NCBI GenBank assembly: GCA_028023455.1
Contig: JAQFVV010000003.1
Span: 8,370,001 to 8,434,000, forward strand
Direction: 5' to 3'
DNA length: 64,000 nt
Source: Epiperipatus broadwayi
Lineage: Eukaryota; Animalia; Onychophora
Numbering within the stretch: position 1 is the stretch's first letter; every line of letters starts with the position of its first letter. Positions 54,343 through 64,000 of this stretch are shown in pieces. The translations under genes were made by a program, and so were the position numbers. The notes beneath the pieces are model-generated. The model saw nothing but the letters and a program-made list of their open reading frames with translations, was not told the origin of the DNA and made no database searches.

Positions 54343-56137
54343 GAAAGGAAAATACTGCAAATATACAAGGAACATTGTATTCTGTTTTATTATATCAGCA
54401 CAATACACCGATGAGTAGTATGGGTAAATCTCCAGTCAAGATGATATTCAGATTCACCCAGATCAAAATTTTTTGAGTGATGAAAACAGCAGCACAGAAG
54501 TGCAGTAAGCAGAGGGGAAATAAGTCATGTTGAGAAATGTTCTCAGAAAGTACTAGGTGAAAGGCATAATTAAAAAACATCTGTCAAAGCAAAGTAGTAG
54601 TCATTGAGACAGAAACAGTGAAAATCATGTGAAGACATGTAAATCGTGTCAGATGCCGGAAAAAAAGAAACTGAGTGAACCAGATGTTACATAATACCAG
54701 ACATTCCAAATTATGTAGAGGAATTGGACTTGCTGAAAGTAAATAAAGGGCACAAATTTGGTAAGGACATTAAGAAAATAACCATGCATAGATCCAAAAA
54801 GGAAAGACTATGTGAGACTTCAGAAATTGTAATTTCTGAAGTGGAGGTGCTACATATAGATATTTAGTGCTATACATATATATAGAATGTAAAGAGATAG
54901 TGTAATTAAAAATAAAATGTGTCCTAAAATTAAAAAAGATAAAGTATTACAAACTTACAAATGTTAAAGATTAAAATGTTGATAAATGGTTCCAGATTAG
55001 AAAGTGATTACTTAAAAAGATAAGGACTACCAGATATAAAAGCTCACAGATAAGAGGAATAAAAATCTAGACTATAAACTGAGTGTTGGAGCTGGTTGTT
55101 TTTATACAAAGATACAGAAATGGTTGAGTGTAAGGAGGATTGCAGAGTGACCTAGTGAATTCCCTCACTGAAGGTGCAAAAGTGGTCCTAAGAGCTATAC
55201 AGGCCACAGCAGTTTTATTATGATTTAATTTACACCTTTATGGCTGTGCATCTATAAGTAGTAATTTTAATACTGAACTGTAATGATATAAATTGTAATG
55301 CATATTAAGCATTATCAGTTTAATTTTTACTATTGTTAACTTGTGGCAATAAAGTCAAAATTTTAGTTACAAAAACTGTTTCGGATTAATTTTGTTTTTG
55401 CTTGTCTGATCATCTTTATCATGACTGTAGCATTCATGGTGGTTGTATATAGTAGCTGATAAGACAACTCCATAAAATATAAATAGGGGCTCTGTCAAGA
55501 TTGTTGAACAATGCTTATTCTGTTTTAAGTAATGCTTATTCTGCTTTAATTGAATTGTCAAATAATGTAGAACCATCTTAAGAAGCATTGTGTACAGTTT
55601 ATATTTGAACTGCACACCACATGTCTATTGCTATGGGGAGAAACCAGCCATCAATCAACAAGGAAAACACCATCCAAAGCTGCCATTAATAAAAAGCTTC
55701 ACAGAAGACCACCAGAAGTAGTTATGTTTGTACAAATGAAGTCCGCTAGAAGTATACCAATACCTGAATTCAAAACTTCTTAATGATGAAAGGGTAAAGT
55801 GTATATGAATTTTGAATATATTATTATAATTGTCTATTATTAATGTTAGATATTTAACCTATACTGAAATTATTTTATAATTATTATTGATTTTATGTAA
55901 CAGTAGATCTATTTATAAATTAGTATGGCAAGAGATTGCTGTTGTTTATTAGTTATGCCACAGTATAGTTGGCATAAATTTAAAAAGAAAAATATTTCTT
56001 ATAAAGTAATTAGCATATTATTGCAAACCCTTACCATTACTCTTAAAATCTTATTTCATATGATAAAACCAAATTTATTAATGATCACCATTTCTACTAC
56101 CTTAATTATAAAAATTATAAAAGTAGTAATTTAAATA

Positions 56138-57392
56138 TTAACATGAACAATGCACATTACTGACTGCTGGATAGTATAAAATAGAATGCATAGATCGATT
56201 TAATAAATTACATAAGTTTATCTGTTTATATTTTTTTAATAGTTCTAAAGGTTTATAGTTTTAATCTAAATACCCTTCAAGTTTGAGAATAAAACATCAC
56301 GGAGAAGATAATTGTCTTACCAGAGCTAATAATATACGGAATTTCAGCTGTTTGGATCTATGTATAATGTTCGTTTATATGTAGGTTTTTTTTTTGTATT
56401 CATAAATGAGTGTGATATCGTTTGCATTGGTCAATCACTTTCATTCATTAACTTACTTTGAGCAGTACATTCCTACCGTGTATCAGATGCTCCACTTTTT
56501 ATATATATTTGCTCATAAATGAGTGTAATGCAGATGCTGTTTCCTGCTTCTTACATCTACTTAGTTAATGTTTAGTTATTTACCTGCATTACAGCCTGAA
56601 AGTATTTGTGTTAGTTCAAGTCCATTAGTAGTATAGCTTATTGATTTTAGTGTATTCTCAAACTGAGTTTATTAAACTGTAAAATTGTATTGTGATCTAT
56701 TGTATGAATTAATAGTATTAATAATAGTTAATCTGTGCAGTGAATTTATATCTGTCCAGATTAACATGAATAATGCACATTACTGACTGCTGGATAGTAT
56801 AAAACAGACTGCATAGATCGATTTAATAAATTACATAAGTTAATCTGTTTATATTTTTTTAATAGTTCTAAAGGTTTATAGTTTTAATCTAAATACCCTC
56901 CAAGTTTGAGAATAAAAAAGCACAGAGAAGATAATTGTCTTAAAGTTACCAGAGCTAATAATATACGAAATTTCAGCTGTTTGGATCTGTGTATAATGTT
57001 CGTTTATATGTAGGGTTTTTTTTTTTTGTATTCATAAATGAGTGTAATATCGTTTGCGTTGGTCAATCATTTTCATTCATTAACTTACTTTGATCAGTAC
57101 ATTCCTACTGTATATCAGATGCTCCACTTTTTATATATATTTGCACATAAATGAGTGTAATGCAGATGCTGTTTCCTGCTTCTTACATCTACTTAGTTAA
57201 TGTTTAGTTATTTACCTGCATTACTTCCTGAAAGTATTTGTGTTAGTTCAAGTCCATTAGTAGTATAGCTTATTGATTTTAGTGTATCCTCAAACTGAGT
57301 TTATTAAACTGTAAAATTGTATTGTGATCCATTGTATGAATAAATAGTATTAATAACAGTTAATCTGTGCAGTGAATTTATATCTGTCCAGA
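56138..57392. repeat. Recent tandem duplication, ~625-bp unit (56138-56760, 56761-57392)
   Basis: Both copies start ttaacatgaa and end tatctgtccaga; only scattered substitutions and small indels. Confidence 0.95.
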
Positions 57393-58040
57393 GACAATTA
57401 AAAATGAATTGCACGTATATTGTCTGTGCATAAAAATAATAATAGGATCAAAAAATCTCTAACCATATTAATTTGTATTCAAATTAAATAAGACAAAGAA
57501 ATTAATATCTTATTATTCTAAATTTAATCCCAGGTAAAAAGAACTAATAGACTGTTTCCCATGGATAACTGTCAATTACTTATCCTATTGTAAATAAATT
57601 ATGTCTCATTATTTTTAGCATTTGTCATTATTTGCAATTAATAAGGATAGATAGTTAAAATAAATTCTCTTGTATCAATTTGATTTAGTGGACTATAAAA
57701 AATAAAAAAAAAGTTATTGATCATGTGATGTTGAAAGTGGAGATCCCATGCAAATTGCCTGCGAGTGATTTTCGTATAAATTGGGACATTATAATGAAAG
57801 AATTATGCTTTAGAGACTGAGTTAGATAAGAAAAAAAATTTTCGCTTTAATAAATTTGTTTTATAAATAAATAAAAAAAAGTAAACTATGGATAGTAGTA
57901 AAATGATAGTAAGACATAATAAAAACAGCCTACTTAAAAAAAAAAACAATAACAACATCCTCTTATAATAATTAAAGCAGTGTTTAAAAAATTTAAAACA
58001 GAATTTTAACACATAACCCTTTCCATTGCATATACCTGGT

Positions 58041-59381
58041 AATAATTAAAAAACAAATCATATATAACGTGACATTACTTTTAATAAGCTTGTAATTACA
58101 AAATGCAATACAGAGAGCGTACCAATAGCTCAAACAAGCTCAAGTTTTTATATATGAGAGATGCAAAAAGTAAAATGAAAATGTTTGGTAGGTTGCAGTT
58201 TATGGATAGTAAAAGAATAGCCAAAATAGTGTTTAATTGGGTTATGAGTAAAGGGCAGGTAAGAAGATGGATGAGAAAGGTAATGCGGTATGCAAAAGAT
58301 TTGGATAAAGAATTTATATCAGTATACTTGTATAAAAGGTGGGATGATTATGTTAGGAGGATTGTTGAGTGTTATAGTGGTAAGGAATGGGATAAAAGAA
58401 TAGAAGCATTAATAAAAAATAGGGAGTTGGAGAACTAGTATGGAGGATAAGAAGAGTTTAAATATATATAGAAGTAAACGGAACATTAGATGAGAGTTAA
58501 TTTATGATAATAGTAAGGAAAGTAGTTTATTGTTTAAGGCTCGAACGGGATCCTTAGCAACAAGAGAATATACATGTAAATGAAAAACTATGGGTGATTT
58601 AGTATGCAAATTGTGTAAGGAAGGTATAGAAAATATTAGGCCTCTGTTGATTGAATGTAAATGCTTGAAAGCAAAAAGGGTACAGATAATGAAGTTATGG
58701 GAGAATAGATATGAACAAAGTGATTATACAGAAAGTGAGTTATTGGTTTTTATGCTGGGTTTGCGAAAAGATAAGGGGGATTTAGATATAAAGGCCATAG
58801 AGTTGACAAAGATTATGTTGTGGAAATGGGATGGGGCAGAATATGGGAAGACTTATAGTGGGGAATGGAAAATAAAGTGGCTAACAGGTTTATCTGGGCA
58901 TAATTGGTGAGATATTCTTGACTTCGTTTAAGGAGAAGCCAAAATACATCACATCACATCTTAATTAATAAGTGTGGTATGAGAAAATATTTAAAATCTC
59001 TATCCAGAACACTTTCATCTCCAGACCAACTGATTTCAAGTTTAAGGCTCACGTCAGTGGAAATTTCGGACACTAGACCTAAAATATCAACTCAAAAAAA
59101 CCAGCACTTATTTCATACGTATATTTAAGTAGAAACTGAAATTTTTGGACATGAAAATGTCTTTAAATTCAGCTATCTAACTTAAATAGCTATATGGGAC
59201 TCAACTAAATTCAGATCTACCATATTTTAATAGCCTCAGCATAGCCAAAGCCTTAAAGGTAAAATTATAATAATTAAAAAAGCAAGTCATATATAATATG
59301 ACATTACTTTTAATAAGCTTGTAGTTACAAAAATGCAATACAGAGAGCATATCAATAGCTCAAACAAGCTCTTAATTAATA
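58041..59381 (-). mobile_element. Second ~410-nt hammerhead-bearing ORF-less element in partial tandem (~110-bp direct repeats), interrupted by a LINE
   Basis: Direct repeat 58041-58141 (+58961-58970) vs 59269-59381; body shared with 30650-30860. 59061-59019 reads UCCA CUGACGU GAG-ccuuaaa-CUU GAAA UCAGUUGG UC UGGAG (A9->U). Confidence 0.72.
58142..58960 (+). mobile_element. Non-LTR retrotransposon 3' fragment with (CATCA)n tail
   Basis: RLQFMDSKRIAKIVFNW; SSLLFKARTGSL; DLVCKLCKEGIENIRPLLIEC (zinc-knuckle-like); ends aaaatacatcacatcacatc. Confidence 0.8.
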
Positions 59382-60229
59382 TCTGGTACTCTAAAATATG
59401 GAGTATATGAAATGTGTCCCATAAAAATATGAAGATCTGCATTTCACACATTCTTAACTGTCATATATATGTGCACTTATTTCTGCTTTGTTCGGGCATA
59501 TAAATTTGCAAACCAACATGTGGCCATCATATAAAGATGAAATTAATCTTCTGCCAAAAATGTTTCAGTCAAATTCATACAGCTATGATTCTCGGATTGT
59601 TTAAAAATATTTTTTCGTGCTAGTTATTGCTTTCAAATATCAGTTAATTTACTGCTGTACTTAAGTTTCACTTAAAAAAAAATAAGACTCAGATATTATC
59701 AGATTGTTGTCATCCCATGGTTTCATGTGCAAAATCTTTACTTTAAAAAATAGTTTAATATTTGTAAAAAGCCTTATTTGTTTTAATACAATAGGGGATT
59801 CAAATAGTAAAGTCTTGAGGTTGGCACGCACTTAAAACAAAAGAAAATCTGTTTGAATGCTGAAACATCACTTGATCTGAGTAACTAATCATGGCTTTTG
59901 TTTTACAAAAAAAAAAATACAGATAATGATTTTGGTTTCAACATTAAAATTTTAGTTATTATATTTACATATTAATGTCAATGACATTTCTAGTACATAT
60001 AACAATCTTTTTCTAAAATAAAGTTAAATAAAACATTTTAGGCTCAGAAAGCAGGCAGATGATTATCAGTAAAAAACTTATCAATATTAAATTCATGGAA
60101 ATTAATATTCAAATAAATAAATTATCTTTAGAAATTATAAATTAATTAGAAATAAAGACTTCATATTGATTATATATAATAAATAGATGTCATAACTCTT
60201 ACATATGCTTAAATTTTGGATTCTAGTTA

Positions 60230-60650
60230 CATTATTATATGCATAACAATAAATAATCATAGCTTAACAATATACTGTGTAAATGTCAATAATTTATGAA
60301 AAGATAAAATATCAATCTATTCTTAGCTTTGTTGACATTTAAACTTAGTTCACAGACATTCTACATCTGAGAATAAAATCTTATTATTAATGTATAGAAT
60401 AAATATCCTAAAATCACTAAATATTTGGAGGGTTAAGGCATTTAACAATCTCCAAATATCAAGTCAAATGTCTCTTTTAATAAATATAACCATAAGTAAT
60501 CATAGTTTAATGATATATAAACTAAAGTAACTGCATTTGAGCTGTGTAAATGTTACTCAACTATGAAAAGGTAAAATTATACCAATCTATTCTTTAGCTT
60601 TGTTGGTATTTAAGCCTAGTTCACTGATGTTCTAAATCTGAGAATAAAAT
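60230..60650. repeat. Diverged direct repeat, ~275-bp period
   Basis: caatctattctt.agctttgttg..atttaa.c.tagttcac.ga..ttcta.atctgagaataaaatct at ~60313 and ~60584. Confidence 0.75.
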
Positions 60651-62366
60651 CTGTCTAATATTTTAATTTATGTAAAGAATATCATCAATAAATTAAGCTT
60701 AAATATCAATAAAGTTAAAGAATACATTGGTATCATTTTATCTTTTCATAGTTGAGTGATGTTTTTATTAACAACTGGCTTTCATTTGATATTTGGAAGT
60801 TGCTAAACTGGGACACTGTTTTGATCCTCTGAATAGTTAAATAGTGACTTTAGATTATTTATTCTGCATATAAATTAAAATAATAGAGTTCATTCTCTGA
60901 TTTAGAACAACAATCAATGAACTAAATTTAAATACTAACAAAGTTAAAAGATAGATTGGCATATTTCATAATTGATTGATGTTTGCACAACTCATTAGGA
61001 AATGTAGTTACTCTGTTTCAATTACTATTATATACATGAAATGTGATAGCATTATACTGTGTTATTATTTTCAAATATGTAGGTGAAAATAGAAACAGAC
61101 CTAATTGATTCCATATCTGTCCACATATGTATAAAACATGGGTAACAGCTATGATATTAACACCCTTTTTTAAGACACCATGAAGAACACAAATGGCAGT
61201 ACATAACAAAATAACTTTTTTTTTTACAGTTAAAACAGTAAAATATTCTAAAAAGCATTTTAAAAATGTGAGACTGTATAAATATAAAAGCAAAATTATT
61301 GGTGCCAATTAACTAGAGCAGAGATTCTCAAAGTGTGGGTGTGATCAGTAGAGTCACACTAAATATTAAAATACGGAAGTATTTTACATGTTTATTAAAA
61401 AAAGAAAAATATTATGATAATATTTACCTGTGGCAGACAATAACCTGCTGTGCATAGAACCCATTCTAGATATATAGCATTGGCCACTGTTCCCTTTGAA
61501 CGCATTGCAATGAGTTCATAATGCAATAAAAATTTGAATTTAAGGCAAAGATGGCAATATTTATTACTCTTTGCATAGAAACATCTGTATGACAATCATT
61601 TACAAATTCTTTAATAGCAAATAATTTAACTCTTGCACATAAATACATTTCCTTAATTTACCACTGCATAATAGCTTCATTGTTTCACATAACTTGTTCG
61701 TATGAAACCAGTAATTGTTTGTAATTGCAAATAAAAAGCAAGTACTTTGTTAATTAGTTTGTTATGTAAATAATAACCGCTCTTCTCATTATCATTTTTT
61801 ATATATATTTATTACAGTAACTTGATAAAAACACAAGTTGTTGAAAAGGAAACGGTCGTTTTATATTAGCGTGTTGAAACCGCCTGAGGGTGTTATTACT
61901 ATGCTAGCGCATAGAAATATGCCATTTAGGCAGTCTCTGCTATTGAACATTCTATTTCTAAGGCGTAAGCCTAGAAATAGTCCGTTGTACGTTCTGGCTG
62001 TGTCTATTTCTATGCTAATGCACAGAAACATGACATTTAATCTGCCGCAGAAGCCATCGTATCAGCTTACAGTTCAGATTTGTGTTATGCATTTTTGATG
62101 TGTGATCACATTTCACTTTTGGGTACAGTATTGTGTGAGGGTGGCTGGAATTCTGACTGTCAAAACTATTTTAATATTCGTTAAGACCTTCTTTCCCTCT
62201 ATCTCCCATGTTTTATGAATGTCTACTAACAATTACGAGCATAGTCTCATGCTTCCTTAGCCCAGCTTTCGTGCTCAAAAATTCAGCAAGTGTAGGTGCA
62301 AGCACAATTTCTATCAAATCACACTCTAAGTCACATTTTTGTGAGAACAACTGCGATCTTTATAAA

Positions 62367-62843
62367 ATGGCTGAATTAAAGTTTCCGAAAGTCAAAGTTT
62401 GGAATTTGCATTGCTCCGAAACTGATGCCATCACATTTTTAGAGCATTATGGAGTAGTGGCATGTGTGAAGAAGTGTTCATGTGGAGAAGAAATGAAATT
62501 ACATCAGTGTGGAAGCTTACCAGTTCAAATGCAAGGCTGGTTCATGCGGCGTCGGTGTTCGATTCGCCAAGGGACATGGCTAGAGGGATCACACCTTGAT
62601 TTCATGAAGATAATACATCTCCGGTACTATTGGAGCCATGAGGAGCTGACAGTGTCAAGGGCTGTTGCCGACTTGAACCTGTCTCCAGGTTCCCTTGTGC
62701 ACTGGACCAACAGACTCCGCGAGCTTTGTCACGAGAGTTTAATGTTTCGGCCATGCCATCAAATTGGCAATCCAGGCTCGATTGTTGAGGTTGACAAGAT
62801 CTTGTTTAGCTGCCGAAAGATTAATGTAAATATTTGTTTGTAA
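62367..62843 (+). mobile_element. Merlin (IS1595/ISXO2-like) transposase, 3'-truncated
   Basis: KKCSCGEEMKL...CSIRQGTWLEGSHL...YYWSHE...SLVHWTNRLRELC...QIGNPGSIVEVDKILFSCRK resembles GGPG..VEIDES.F..RK. The ORF stops before the rest of the DDE domain. Confidence 0.85.
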
Positions 62844-63249
62844 TCTAAAAAGTTATTCAACCTTCGAGTTGCATTCCGTTAATTCGCATGTTAAGAATTC
62901 AAATCACCCAAAAAGTTGTTTTTGTTGTAAATGTATTGATTTCATCAAATAACTGTTAAATGTAAATATTTATTTGTAATTTTAAAAAAATAGTTGATTT
63001 CGTAGAATACCAAACCAAAAATAAGTAATGAAAAGAATAAAAAGTAAGTACTTTTTAAATTCATTTTGATTTATGTATTTTTTTATAGATTTATTTGATA
63101 TTATTTTTAGTGTGATAACAAATAAAAAAAACTCAAAAAGAATACCACTAATGAAATTAATAAATGCAAAAAAAAAAAATGATGAAAGTGTTCCAGCAAG
63201 TTTACAATCAAAGCGAGTTAAAGTAGTAAGAATATACGATTCTATTTAA

Positions 63250-64000
63250 AATTTTATTATTTATATAGAAGATGACAAAGGACATCCAAATTCACAATGT
63301 GTTATTTGCTATGAAATTCTTGTAAATGAGAGCATGCATCCAAACAAATTACTCTAACACTTTGAAATAAAACTTTCACACTTAAAAAAAAAAGCCACTT
63401 CAATTTTCTTGAAAATAAACTGAAAGTAAATATTTCAAAAAAGTTATGAATGCTACTTAACAGTTTGAGAATTTCAAAAACTGTAAGATTCACACAATTG
63501 GTGAGTCATTAGTTGTTCCAGCAATAAGCGGTGCAGTTGAAGTTATGTTTGAAAAAAATACATGAAAGAAAACTGAATTCCATTTTCCAATAATACCCTT
63601 GCACGAAGAATTGATGAAATGTCTGAATGGACAGAAGATCAGCTTATCAGCAGAATTAAAAAAAGTATTTTTTTTCTCTACAATTGGATGAATCAACAGT
63701 TGTCCAAAGTTTATCCCATTTTTTTTTTTTTCATTTTATATGGAACAATGGGCTGCTTGAAGATTTATTATTTTGTGAATCAATTATTTGAGATACTAGT
63801 GAAGAAATTTTTGGAACTCTCAATACATATGTAAAATCAAAGGAGATAATCTGGGTAACTTGTGTTGATATAAGTATGGCCAATGCATGGGCCATGTGTG
63901 GAAAAAATAATGGTATTGTAATGTATTCTTAAATTAAGTCCAAATGCATCATAGATTCACTGCAATTTTCATAGAGAAACATTAGTATCTAAGAACCATA
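63250..64000 (+). mobile_element. Decayed hAT (Buster/Charlie, ZBED-type) transposase running off the window
   Basis: SQCVICYEILVNESMHPNKLL*HFEIK; KIHTIGESLVVPA; ARRIDEMSEWTEDQLISRIK; FSLQLDEST. Confidence 0.85.

Larger units (their letters stand above)
50690..55371 (+). mobile_element. Decayed Ty3/Gypsy LTR retrotransposon (gag, CCHC knuckles, protease, RT, RNase H, integrase, candidate 3' LTR 54848-55371)
   Basis: EFNINSPVDWPIYL*RIEKLLFTNG (gag); CKACGKVDHLEKGC; RKVPFALQTKVKQELNDLISKGIL...WATPIVVIAKPN...ICGDY; GLFNYNRLSYRITIAPNIFQ; IVFASRTLTKAEQN; CHPGIV; SNGIAEKTVQ. A purine-rich tract is followed by TG...AATAAA...CA. Confidence 0.9.

Noticed and set aside
57724-57822. Possible C/D box snoRNA (GTGATGT ... 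CTGA)
   Set aside because: Imperfect C box, no terminal stem, and no recognisable rRNA guide.
61426-61520. Minus-strand donor CAG|gtaaat with a short open frame, as a candidate upstream RUBCN exon
   Set aside because: No similarity to the RUN domain or other Rubicon motifs, and no convincing acceptor.

Overview
Very AT-rich, CpG-depleted metazoan (probably invertebrate) genomic DNA. Four minus-strand exons of a Rubicon (RUBCN) orthologue lie at 37323-37208, 17518-17339, 9582-9540 and 3972-3913. They splice in frame to ...FPRPAIGQSLTSFLSSQDFHISAELDK|[20 protein letters not shown]...RRRERQRE|KAKHDQLLSDGRTD|TTTSLSGSPPNSPQ... The RUN and C-terminal RH domain exons were not found and probably lie outside the window. 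The introns and upstream region are packed with mostly decayed transposons: Penelope-like elements (PLEs), RTE-type and other LINEs, a Gypsy element, hAT, piggyBac, Merlin, SINEs, foldbacks and tandem duplications. The most striking signal is a set of minimal type-I hammerhead ribozyme motifs in PLE-type termini whose catalytic cores covary at the 3-8 pair. One family is canonical C3-G8, one is U3-A8, and three loci are A3-U8; the non-canonical ones also carry an extra nucleotide between A9 and stem II. A ~400-nt ORF-less hammerhead element (retrozyme-like) occurs twice. A CpG-retaining island at ~22.8-25.8 kb inside the largest RUBCN intron may be an internal promoter or nested gene. All calls come from manual reading; no searches or folding were run, and repeat boundaries are approximate.
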